IMG/VR virus record: IMGVR_UViG_3300033121_001601
Coordinates: 1-64,000 of that record
DNA length: 64,000 nucleotides
Direction: 5' to 3' (one strand)
Origin: an uncultured virus (IMG/VR IMGVR_UViG_3300033121_001601)
Taxonomy: Duplodnaviria; Heunggongvirae; Uroviricota; Caudoviricetes
Numbering within the stretch: the stretch's first letter is position 1; each line of letters begins with the position of its first letter. The notes under the pieces are model-generated. The model saw only the letters and a list, made by a program, of their open reading frames with translations. It was not told the DNA's origin and made no database searches. Below, piece by piece: positions 49,120 to 57,101 of the stretch. Both the position numbers and the translations under genes were made by a program.

Positions 49120-49890
49120 CTATTGAGATTCGTCATTTACTCCCGTCCATCTTCTGTAAAGGTAGAGTTTTTCAGCCAAAACAGTGGTGTTTCTGAGAGC
49201 AAGTGTCACTCTTAGGTTAAAGTCAGAGTCCTCCGAGTTGGTGATCCGGAGACCCATTCCTGGAGGGTTGAACCGGAAACCAACGTTCCAGAGAGCCTTG
49301 AGGAACATCGCAGAAGTTCCAGCTGTTTCAAACTCTGCCGTAAAGAAATGGTTAATGCCCTCGGTCTGGAATCCGTACTGAACCATCTGGGAGACCACAT
49401 CAGCTTCAATACCCTTGAGGTCTCCTTCCACGTATTCATTCTTTCGTGCCTGCACCTCTTCCTCGGAGTGGCAGTGGTAGAAGCCACACAGGTTGTGAAC
49501 GCTCTCTGTGGCCCTCATGGCCTGAAATTGCCTCTCGATTCGCTGAGGCAATGCAATGTCATCAGCATCCTGACAGGTAATGACGAGGCCATTGCATTGC
49601 TCAATTGCAGCATTCAGGCAAAACCACTTCCCCTTATTGGAAGGAAGGTTGATGTAGCGAACTCTGGAGTCCTTGCGACACATTCTTTGGGCTACCTCAT
49701 CTGTCTCATCCGTTGAGCCATCATTCACGATGACGATCTCCAGGTTTCGGTAGGTCTGTCCGATAATGCTCTCCACGCTCTCTTGGAGAAACTTCCCATG
49801 GTTGAAACAAGGGATGACCACAGTAATCGTAGGGAGTTCAGTAATCGATTCGTCCTGGCTGGGCTGCTCTGTTGCTGCTTCTGTTGACAT
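49120..49890 (-). CDS. Glycosyltransferase family 2
   Basis: VVIPCFN, SI.GQTY.NLEIVIVNDGSTD, QDADD and EDSDF. Confidence 0.92.
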   Translation of the reverse strand: MSTEAATEQPSQDESITELPTITVVIPCFNHGKFLQESVESIIGQTYRNLEIVIVNDGSTDETDEVAQRMCRKDSRVRYINLPSNKGKWFCLNAAIEQCNGLVITCQDADDIALPQRIERQFQAMRATESVHNLCGFYHCHSEEEVQARKNEYVEGDLKGIEADVVSQMVQYGFQTEGINHFFTAEFETAGTSAMFLKALWNVGFRFNPPGMGLRITNSEDSDFNLRVTLALRNTTVLAEKLYLYRRWTGVNDESQ

Positions 49891-49892
49891 GT

Positions 49893-50174
49893 TTTGAGTC
49901 CTGCTTTTCTCAGTTGTTTGCTCAAAGAGAAAGATAGTCTCCCATGAACGGGATGAATATATCTTTCTGAACCTGAAGTGGGTTCTACCACATTTTATGC
50001 TCTTCTAGGCTTGCAGCTAGTTTTCAATCCAGTGGACTTCGAAATAGCTTTGAGGCCAGCTCTCCAAAGCTGCCTGGCAAAGTTCTACTTTGCCAGGGCT
50101 TTCTCTGGAAGGTACTTTGGCGACTCACTGCCTGGTGGATGAGTGGTAATGAACCATTTGAAACTTTTACCCAT
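49893..50174 (-). pseudogene. Two degenerate small ORFs carrying the QLRKAGLK motif
   Basis: 49995-50174 reads MGKSFKW..EKALAK*NFARQLWRAGLKAIS..; an ORF from 49991 reads ..SLSKQLRKAGLKT and runs out of frame into the GT2 gene. Confidence 0.55.
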
Positions 50175-51195
50175 GCGTTTTTACCCAATCTTGGATGAGA
50201 GCAGGGTGGGACCTGTGGATAGTAACGTGAGGAGTTGCCGTTCCCGACCATCTGAAGTGAAAGATGTGCCCTCCGGTCTTATTCTCCAGGTCCACGGCCT
50301 TTTGACGGATCATCTCATCGGTTACCTTGGCCCAAGGGACTTCAAAGAATGGATTCCAGTCAGGGTCCTTGTTCTTAGCACTGTCCGGACCGTACATGGC
50401 TTTCCAAAAGGTTGTCCAGAAGGAACGGTACTGCTTGATCTTTCGCTCCACGGAAAACCAGGAATAATGATGAACTCCTGGGAGCTCTGTGACAGCTTGA
50501 TTGAACCACTTTTCGTAAGTAGCAATCAACTTGGAAGGATTTTTCATCACTATGTGTCGAAGACTGTCAATCTCTGGGGGCATGAAGCCCATCACAGGGA
50601 GAATTTGGCCTGTACTCTTGGAGATGTAGTCGCAGGTATCTGTTCCCGGCGAGGCATAGTCCAGGCCGTTAAATTTCCTCCTGAGCTGGACAGGGATGCC
50701 GTGAGTGATGTCTGGAAGGTTTCGAGAAAGACGAGCTTTCCAGGGGTTGATATCAGCTCGAACCTTCCCTTTGCTTCCCCAGTATTCAATAACAGGCAAG
50801 GCCACAATGGAGCATTGCCGAAGGTAATTCAGCTTCTCAATCAAAGGCCGAATCTTCGGAGCATCCAACTCGTGGACAATCTCATCCGTATCGAACTGCC
50901 ATAGAAACTGCCCCTTGCAGTGAGACCTAGCCAGGGCCTTCGTCTGCCCATCGAAGATACCGTGATTAGGGGCCTTCCAGTCGAACTGATCGGTATGGAG
51001 GGCCCTAACCCTAGGGTCCTCCTTGGAGAGAGCTTGTAGAGCCTCCAGGGTGCCTTCGTTGGGGTCTCCAGAATCCAGAACAACTACCTCGTCAGCAAAT
51101 TGAAGCATGCTCTTGATGGACTCCAGGAAAGGGTAGTCCATAGTCAGGGCATTGCGAGTGGTCGTGTAAGCAGAAATGGTAACTGCGGGAGGCAT
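50167..51195 (-). CDS. Glycosyltransferase family 2-like
   Basis: YPF.ESIKS.L.FADEVVVLDSG, WQFDTDE and HHYSW. Confidence 0.8.
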   Translation of the reverse strand: MPPAVTISAYTTTRNALTMDYPFLESIKSMLQFADEVVVLDSGDPNEGTLEALQALSKEDPRVRALHTDQFDWKAPNHGIFDGQTKALARSHCKGQFLWQFDTDEIVHELDAPKIRPLIEKLNYLRQCSIVALPVIEYWGSKGKVRADINPWKARLSRNLPDITHGIPVQLRRKFNGLDYASPGTDTCDYISKSTGQILPVMGFMPPEIDSLRHIVMKNPSKLIATYEKWFNQAVTELPGVHHYSWFSVERKIKQYRSFWTTFWKAMYGPDSAKNKDPDWNPFFEVPWAKVTDEMIRQKAVDLENKTGGHIFHFRWSGTATPHVTIHRSHPALIQDWVKTHG

Positions 51196-51198
51196 GGG

Positions 51199-51537
51199 TT
51201 ACTCTTCCTCGACAACTTCATCACAACTTTGGAAGTTGGGGTGAGGAAGCCGGCACTCTGAACACACCTTCACAGCTCTCATTTTTCCCTTTACGGTTTT
51301 GAGAGTGGAAGTCCCAGCTGCTTTCGGTTGAAATTCTGGAAGTTCTGCCGCAAGATCTCCTTGGTAACGTTCGATAAGAAATACGGCAGTCAAAACAGGT
51401 CGAAGAGTCTTTGAAAGCTCTTTTGTCAGCTTCCCATCGGACTTTTTTTGCTTCCGAAGGTCATCCAAGTTGTCGGCGGCATCTCGAAGAGTTGCGATGA
51501 CTCCTTTCAATATCACTTCCAGTTCTTCTCGTTTCAT
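51199..51537 (-). CDS. Hypothetical protein
   Basis: 112 aa with GGAG RBS and an upstream TGaTATAAT; C-terminal C..C..H...C. Confidence 0.6.
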   Translation of the reverse strand: MKREELEVILKGVIATLRDAADNLDDLRKQKKSDGKLTKELSKTLRPVLTAVFLIERYQGDLAAELPEFQPKAAGTSTLKTVKGKMRAVKVCSECRLPHPNFQSCDEVVEEE

Positions 51538-51552
51538 GTGTTCTCCAAATGC

Positions 51553-51580
51553 ATAAGGGGAGCCTTCTGGCTCCCCTTAT
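51553..51580. terminator. Perfect 12-bp hairpin (terminator or leader structure)
   Basis: ATAAGGGGAGCC-ttct-GGCTCCCCTTAT, downstream of ORF 51612; only a weak U tract. Confidence 0.55.
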
Positions 51581-51611
51581 TATATCACTTGGAGTTTCGA
51601 AACGCTACGGA

Positions 51612-52685
51612 TTACCACTCTCCGTTGGTGATGACGTTTTTGGGAGTGGGAGTTGGACCCTTGAGATTGACCGTGTGGTTGGTGATCTTTTCGTTTAGGG
51701 GAGAGTCGTCCTGCTGACCGGTGAACCCATGGTCCTTGTCCTTCTGGGAAACAGGCTTCACGTTGGCCAGAGTACCGGAACCCTTGACGGCATCATGTCC
51801 GTTCTCGTAGGTGAAGTAGGCTCCCTTATACTCCGAAGCAGCGATGGGGCTCTCGGGGCACTTCTCTCCGGTAATTTGTTTCCAGAGTTCAGCGTTGACA
51901 ATGTGGATGAACACACGTTCAGCCTTGGCTTGATCCCACACTTCGATCCCATGAGGATCCTCGTAGACCTTCTGCTCCATCCGGCCACCCTGAGCCAGGC
52001 CCATCTCGGTCGACTTGTTGAAGGAGCGAGAAGACGACCTGGTTGCGATCGGAGCACCAAAAGGTTCGGCGGAAGTGTTGTAAGGCTCAAATGCGGCTAT
52101 ACTGGCAGCGTAGATCTCCGGATCACCTCGATAGGTGTATTGAGGTACCTTAATGGCCCAGGGTTTCGGAGGAATCACGAGAACCTGGATGCCTCCCACG
52201 TCTTCCTTACCGGTGACCTGGGCTTCCACGGTGTAACTCTTGCCCATCTGCATGGCCACGAACTGACGAATCTGTCCGCCACCGATGTTGAACCCATCCA
52301 GCCAGGGCTGGGGATCAGGAGCGACCATGTAGTCTTGCTCAGGATCTTTGCCATCCACGCCGGTTGGGGGTTGAAGCTCCTGGGACCACTTGCCACCGGA
52401 AACAGCATTTACCTTGCCGGTTGCCACCTTCACGGCAGAGGTTGGGCCGGAGAAGCCAAGCCACATTGCTTCACGCTCGAACATGGGGATGAAGACACCA
52501 CCGTGGTCCTTCCAGGCAGCAGGCACCTTATCCTTGTAGTCTTCGATCCGCTTCATGGCGAAGTGCCCACGAGACGGAGGAAGGGAGTGAGACTTCCCAT
52601 CCTCTGGCAGCCGAATGGTCCGGTGCAGGGTGATGGTGAAGCCGTTGTCGAACACGATGGAACCGTTCTGAATCTTGATCGTCAT
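51612..52685 (-). CDS. Conserved hypothetical protein of a family I recall from bacteria and fungi (often ubiquitin-like fusions)
   Basis: RT.RLP.DG..LPP..G.F, GGVF.PM..REAMW, QPWLDG, IRQFVAM..G.YTVEAQVTG and GGIQ. Confidence 0.65.
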   Translation of the reverse strand: MTIKIQNGSIVFDNGFTITLHRTIRLPEDGKSHSLPPSRGHFAMKRIEDYKDKVPAAWKDHGGVFIPMFEREAMWLGFSGPTSAVKVATGKVNAVSGGKWSQELQPPTGVDGKDPEQDYMVAPDPQPWLDGFNIGGGQIRQFVAMQMGKSYTVEAQVTGKEDVGGIQVLVIPPKPWAIKVPQYTYRGDPEIYAASIAAFEPYNTSAEPFGAPIATRSSSRSFNKSTEMGLAQGGRMEQKVYEDPHGIEVWDQAKAERVFIHIVNAELWKQITGEKCPESPIAASEYKGAYFTYENGHDAVKGSGTLANVKPVSQKDKDHGFTGQQDDSPLNEKITNHTVNLKGPTPTPKNVITNGEW

Positions 52686-52697
52686 TTCTTGTTTTCC

Positions 52698-53564
52698 TTA
52701 CGGGCAGAGAGGGGTTGCTCTGAAGTCACAGAACCGGCATGAGTTCCGGTTCTTCAGCCAGTAACGTTTGGCTATCAGGTTTACTGACAACGAAACGAGG
52801 TCCAGAGCATCTTTCCTCGTCTTGTCGCCTACAGATACCTCCACAAGCTCACAGCGTTCTTTCTTGGCTGTACGCTTGAGGAGGACAAAACCACACCGGA
52901 TGTCCTCCAGTGGTATGCCCATTTTAACACTGAAATAGTGCTTGTAAAGGGTTAGCTGCATTCTTTTGAATTTGTCTTGCTTCTTCTTTTTGTCCCAACC
53001 CCAAGAGGTGGTTTTCCAATCAAGAATCCAGTAGATATAACCGGATGCAGGCTTCTTGCTGCCCTTCCGAGCCTGCTTGGGCACCTTAACCACACAGTCA
53101 ACGAACCCTTTGAACCACTTGTTGGTTAGGCCTTCAATCGGCTCAAACAGCGGCAGTTCGGCTGCAACGACTTCCCATCCTGGGAAAGTCTCATTCATCC
53201 AAATGGGAACCCTTCGAAGGATATGGTCGATGGGATTCATCCACTCCTCCATCAGAACTCCAGGATCCGGCTTAAAGTTAGGCAGCTTATCGAAGTCCTT
53301 GAGGATTTCGTTGTAGCAATCATCAATCCGCTCTTCCCAGTCAAAGTCAGCAGTTTTACCCTTGAGCAGCCAATCCTGGAGAGCTGAGTGCATTCCGTGA
53401 CCGTAGATAGTATGCTCCGTATCAGGTTCGGTATGCCCATCCACGTACTTCAGTTTGTGCTTGTGACCGCAGTCATTGCATGTGCTGACTTCCGAGAAGG
53501 AAACGTGGTATTTCCCGGTCGGAAGTATTGTTGGGTCCTTGAAAAGAGGAAGGTGGACGGGCAT
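52698..53564 (-). CDS. PD-(D/E)XK exonuclease, Cas4/RecB-like
   Basis: SFSE...C, G..H, E, GFVD, DWKT, QL.LY and C-terminal CRFC..C (Fe-S ligands). Confidence 0.85.
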   Translation of the reverse strand: MPVHLPLFKDPTILPTGKYHVSFSEVSTCNDCGHKHKLKYVDGHTEPDTEHTIYGHGMHSALQDWLLKGKTADFDWEERIDDCYNEILKDFDKLPNFKPDPGVLMEEWMNPIDHILRRVPIWMNETFPGWEVVAAELPLFEPIEGLTNKWFKGFVDCVVKVPKQARKGSKKPASGYIYWILDWKTTSWGWDKKKKQDKFKRMQLTLYKHYFSVKMGIPLEDIRCGFVLLKRTAKKERCELVEVSVGDKTRKDALDLVSLSVNLIAKRYWLKNRNSCRFCDFRATPLCP

Positions 53565-53612
53565 GGGTTTAGCATAACATGCTTCTGGCCCGATGTTGAC
53601 CTATTTACCAAC

Positions 53613-53978
53613 ATGGACAAGACACCCGAAAATCTGAAACTCCTACAGGAGTTCACAGCCTATGTGATTGAGCAGCTCCAAATCCAGAGCAATGCCAAGA
53701 TCATTTTCCTTTTCGGACATGACCCCAATTACCCTTCTGCGGGCGGTTATCTCCCAGGCAAAAAGACCGTGGTGTGTGCTGTGAAGAACCGGGCCATTGC
53801 AGATGTCATGAGAACTCTAGCCCACGAACTGACCCACCATCGTCAATATGAGCTGGGGATGATTGGCCCTGGAGATATGGACAACCAGAAGCTTGAGGAC
53901 CAAGCCAACGTTTACGCTGGCCGTCTGGTCAGGTGGTTCGGGCGGGAGCACAAGGAAATCTACGGGGACCTGGGCTAG
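53613..53978 (+). CDS. Small zincin-like metallopeptidase (HExxH)
   Basis: RTLAHELTHHRQ..E..AN..AG. Start at ATG 53613, 5 nt after CTATTTA. Confidence 0.75.
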   Translation: MDKTPENLKLLQEFTAYVIEQLQIQSNAKIIFLFGHDPNYPSAGGYLPGKKTVVCAVKNRAIADVMRTLAHELTHHRQYELGMIGPGDMDNQKLEDQANVYAGRLVRWFGREHKEIYGDLG

Positions 53979-53987
53979 AACCTTCGG

Positions 53988-54914
53988 CTAAATGCTGAGT
54001 TGCGCCCAGAAGAAGTCACCCCTGGAGCGGAGATAGGCTTCGCAATCCTCTGCTGAGGAAGCAAACCACTCGTCGTTCTTCTGGAGCACATTGTCGTTGA
54101 CCATCACCTTCAGGCCCATCAGACGGGCCTCCAAGGTGACTCGGGGACAGGTGTCCTTGTCGAGCGGCATGAAGATGAACCCCTCGTACTGGCTGAGCCG
54201 CTGGAGGAAATCCTTGTACGGCAGGTTCGGGATGGGCTCGGACTTGAACTTCTTCAGATTGCACCACTTCTGGGTCTCGTCCACTCCCTTGATCCAGGAG
54301 CCCGAGCCGAGGGTGGCCCAAACAGCCTTCCGCTCCCTTGGCTCCTGATTACGGTAGGAAGCCAGAAGGTCCAGGGTTTCGTCATCGAAGACAGAAGACA
54401 GGACGATATGGCCAGGGTGGTCAACCAGTTCAGGAACGTGACGGAGCCAGTGTCCTTTTTGCCCATAGGACATCCAGAAGATCCTCTCGGCTTTTCGGAA
54501 AAGCCGGACAACCATCAGGCCGTGCTTGTCCTTGGCGCAATTGCAAGACTCTCCTGTTGCTTGCTGGTGTCGGTTGGTGGATCTCCAGGCACAGAACTTG
54601 AAGTCGTACTCCACGATAGAGTAGCGAACCCCACTTTCAGGGAGGTACTGGATCATGGTCTCGTTCATGGCGGCAAAGTTGCCGAAGATCCAGTATTTGT
54701 CCTTGTTGGCGTCCAGAAGCTTCCGGGTAACCGAGACTGAGTGCAAGCGGAAGACCTTGTGGGGGCTCTTCTTGATGATGGCTTCAGAAGTCAGTTCGGC
54801 TCCTCCTGCAACCTCGCGAACAAAATAATCGTTGACAAAGACAACTTTTGCTGTCTTGGGAATGGCGTACTCCACCGGCATTCCAGTAAACAAACTTCGA
54901 CCTACTCCACTCAT
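53988..54914 (-). CDS. Glycosyltransferase, GT-B-like
   Basis: GGAEL, S..Q, KG and F.P..DTCPR..LEA.L.G. Confidence 0.7.
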   Translation of the reverse strand: MSGVGRSLFTGMPVEYAIPKTAKVVFVNDYFVREVAGGAELTSEAIIKKSPHKVFRLHSVSVTRKLLDANKDKYWIFGNFAAMNETMIQYLPESGVRYSIVEYDFKFCAWRSTNRHQQATGESCNCAKDKHGLMVVRLFRKAERIFWMSYGQKGHWLRHVPELVDHPGHIVLSSVFDDETLDLLASYRNQEPRERKAVWATLGSGSWIKGVDETQKWCNLKKFKSEPIPNLPYKDFLQRLSQYEGFIFMPLDKDTCPRVTLEARLMGLKVMVNDNVLQKNDEWFASSAEDCEAYLRSRGDFFWAQLSI

Positions 54915-56785
54915 GACTTTTTCTTTACCTTTTTGGTTTTCGAAATTTCCTCCACATCATGAAGAAGAACAATGGTCATGTCTTCGGTAGCCGATTCTCC
55001 ATATGGCTTCTTGTTCCTCCAGAGAATGTCCAAGAGTCCAAGCTCTCGGGCATGGTCAATCTCGCTCGTCAGGAAGACGCTGGCACAAGCATCAGGGAAA
55101 GGACGAAACTCTCCGGGTTTCCCATGAACATGATTGACCGAGATTACTGGCAATTCAACTCCAGGCTCTTGCCGTTTCTCATAAGGGAGAACTTTATACC
55201 GATTGCACTTCACTCCAATAATATCTCCCGGCTTCACTGAACGCATCCAAGCCAAGGTTTTCTCTCGGTCCATCACCAATTCGTTGCGTTCCAGCAGATC
55301 CATTTGTTCTTCAGAGAGCCGACTAAGCAGAGACATCATGGACTTGTTGTAATCGTAACCAGTAGAGCCCATGTAAAGGTGCTCGCGAGAATGCTGCTTT
55401 ACCGGGACCTTAGATTTGATGAGTTCAACCCGTACCTTTTGGCCATTGTAGTCGATGATGTCGCCGTCTTTCAAACCCTTTTTCTTGCTTTCGTCTTTTA
55501 GCTCTTCGGTCATGTTCAATGTCTCCAATGGTTGAGTCGGAGGTTTTACTTTCATCATAGGCTCTGGGGAAGTGGTTTGCACACCAATCTTTACCATCCA
55601 AAAGTTTCCTTTTCTGGTTCTTCTCTTCAAGAAGCCCAAAGAAAGAAGCTTCTTTGCCAACAGTTGTGACTTGTAAGTTGCAAATCGAACCAAGCCCTGG
55701 GACTTCAGAAATTCCTCTCGACAGGCTGAAACTTCTTGAAGTGTCATTGGTATTTCCAGCTCGGAGGTCTTTTTCAGTGTGTCAAAGAATTTCTTGTCGA
55801 AGGCTTCCAAGGTATCCAGCTCATAGTGGACTTTATGGCCATTTTTGGCCAACCAACCGAGGTATAACTCGTTGACTTTCTCGAAGGAGTTATTGTAGGC
55901 AGGGTACCTCGAAACCGAGTTCACAATTCCCTCCAGTTCCAATTCGAAAGAGGTTGGGTCCTCAAAGCAACCCAGGTACTTCAAAGCCAAAGTCATCAGC
56001 TTCGCCTTGGTTGCCACCCCTCGGGCTCTGTCAGAGGAGAGCAATCGGTGCATTGTCGCATTCCGGACACCACAAGGGATCAACATCCCCATGGCCATCT
56101 TGTCCCGAATCATTGAAACGCTCATGGATTGCCAGAGCTTCGTCAGCTCTGAGGTTTCTTTGGGTACAACAGCAACCGGCCCGGGAGTTTTCTGTTCCTT
56201 AGCCTTGGTCTTTGCTGCCACGGCAATCTGAAGTTTCTTTCCCAGGAAATCAGGAACATCCTGGATGGTTGTGGTCTTCAGATCACAAGTAAACTCGTAC
56301 TTCTTCCCGCTTTTGTGGGTGCTGGGAGCAATCACCACAATACCACCAGAGCCTCGGATGTCCATCTTCTCGTCAACCAACTGACAGGAATTCTTTACAG
56401 GCACACTGGACCAATAAAGGGCGTGGTCTCCACCACCTCCACTCCGCTGAGTAACCGTGGTGCTGTGCCTCGCAAGCCTCTGGAGGAAGGGATGAGACAC
56501 AAGATCGCCATCAGCAACCACAAGGAACTTTCCTACGACAGAACTTTTTCTACCAGTACTCAGAGCCAAATTAACAGGCTTCTTTCCACCAAGCCAGGAC
56601 ATCACCCTCTTCGGATCCGTGGAAGCGATCATTTGCCACTTAGCCATCAGGGGATGTTTCCCAGGACTAGGACAGTTGCCGCCCTTTCTGCAAGTGCACT
56701 TTCCATCTAGGATGCCATGACAAGGAAGCAAAGGGATGTCAAGGGCACAGAAGTAATTAACGATTTCCTGCAAAGAGTTGCTCAT
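54911..56785 (-). CDS. Bifunctional DNA primase/polymerase (Prim-Pol)
   Basis: CTC....C.SPGKHP, N.ALSTG, DGD, SGGGG.H, DIRG.GG.VV.APS.H.SG..Y and PriCT-like G.RN. Start placed at ATG 56785. Confidence 0.85.
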   Translation of the reverse strand: MSNSLQEIVNYFCALDIPLLPCHGILDGKCTCRKGGNCPSPGKHPLMAKWQMIASTDPKRVMSWLGGKKPVNLALSTGRKSSVVGKFLVVADGDLVSHPFLQRLARHSTTVTQRSGGGGDHALYWSSVPVKNSCQLVDEKMDIRGSGGIVVIAPSTHKSGKKYEFTCDLKTTTIQDVPDFLGKKLQIAVAAKTKAKEQKTPGPVAVVPKETSELTKLWQSMSVSMIRDKMAMGMLIPCGVRNATMHRLLSSDRARGVATKAKLMTLALKYLGCFEDPTSFELELEGIVNSVSRYPAYNNSFEKVNELYLGWLAKNGHKVHYELDTLEAFDKKFFDTLKKTSELEIPMTLQEVSACREEFLKSQGLVRFATYKSQLLAKKLLSLGFLKRRTRKGNFWMVKIGVQTTSPEPMMKVKPPTQPLETLNMTEELKDESKKKGLKDGDIIDYNGQKVRVELIKSKVPVKQHSREHLYMGSTGYDYNKSMMSLLSRLSEEQMDLLERNELVMDREKTLAWMRSVKPGDIIGVKCNRYKVLPYEKRQEPGVELPVISVNHVHGKPGEFRPFPDACASVFLTSEIDHARELGLLDILWRNKKPYGESATEDMTIVLLHDVEEISKTKKVKKKS

Positions 56786-56834
56786 GGAGAACCTACGAGT
56801 ACCATATTTCAATCCTCTGTTTAACTTTTCTCTT

Positions 56835-56867
56835 CCCTCCCTCCCTCCCTCTTGGTTATCCTCCACG
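56835..56867 (-). repeat. Dispersed 25-bp element plus (GGGA)3GGG (copy 2)
   Basis: Minus strand reads CGTGGAGGATAACCAAGAGGGAGGGAGGGAGGG. Confidence 0.9.
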
Positions 56868-56868
56868 A

Positions 56869-57090
56869 TTATGGAGAAATAGAAAAAATGACAACATCAG
56901 TAGCTCCACCTGGTGGAGTGTTGTCGGAATACACGTAGTTTCCTCCCAATCTTCCCCTGTAGCGGATGGTTGGTTGGGATGTGGTTGTTTGAATGCTAAT
57001 GCTGTTCACCAAATTGGCTTGCACAGCCACTTGTGCTGTGCTAAAGTAAGGAGATAAATCAAATAATTGATTTCCAGTAAAATCTGCCAT
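56869..57090 (-). CDS. Small hypothetical protein, possibly fibre-associated
   Basis: 73 aa from MADFTGNQ with GAGGA RBS. Confidence 0.55.
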   Translation of the reverse strand: MADFTGNQLFDLSPYFSTAQVAVQANLVNSISIQTTTSQPTIRYRGRLGGNYVYSDNTPPGGATDVVIFSISP

Positions 57091-57101
57091 GGGGTCCTCT
57101 C

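Noticed and set aside
52698..53564. Cas4-like nuclease as evidence of a CRISPR-Cas system
   Set aside because: I found no repeat-spacer array or other cas genes, and solo Cas4-like exonucleases are common in phages.
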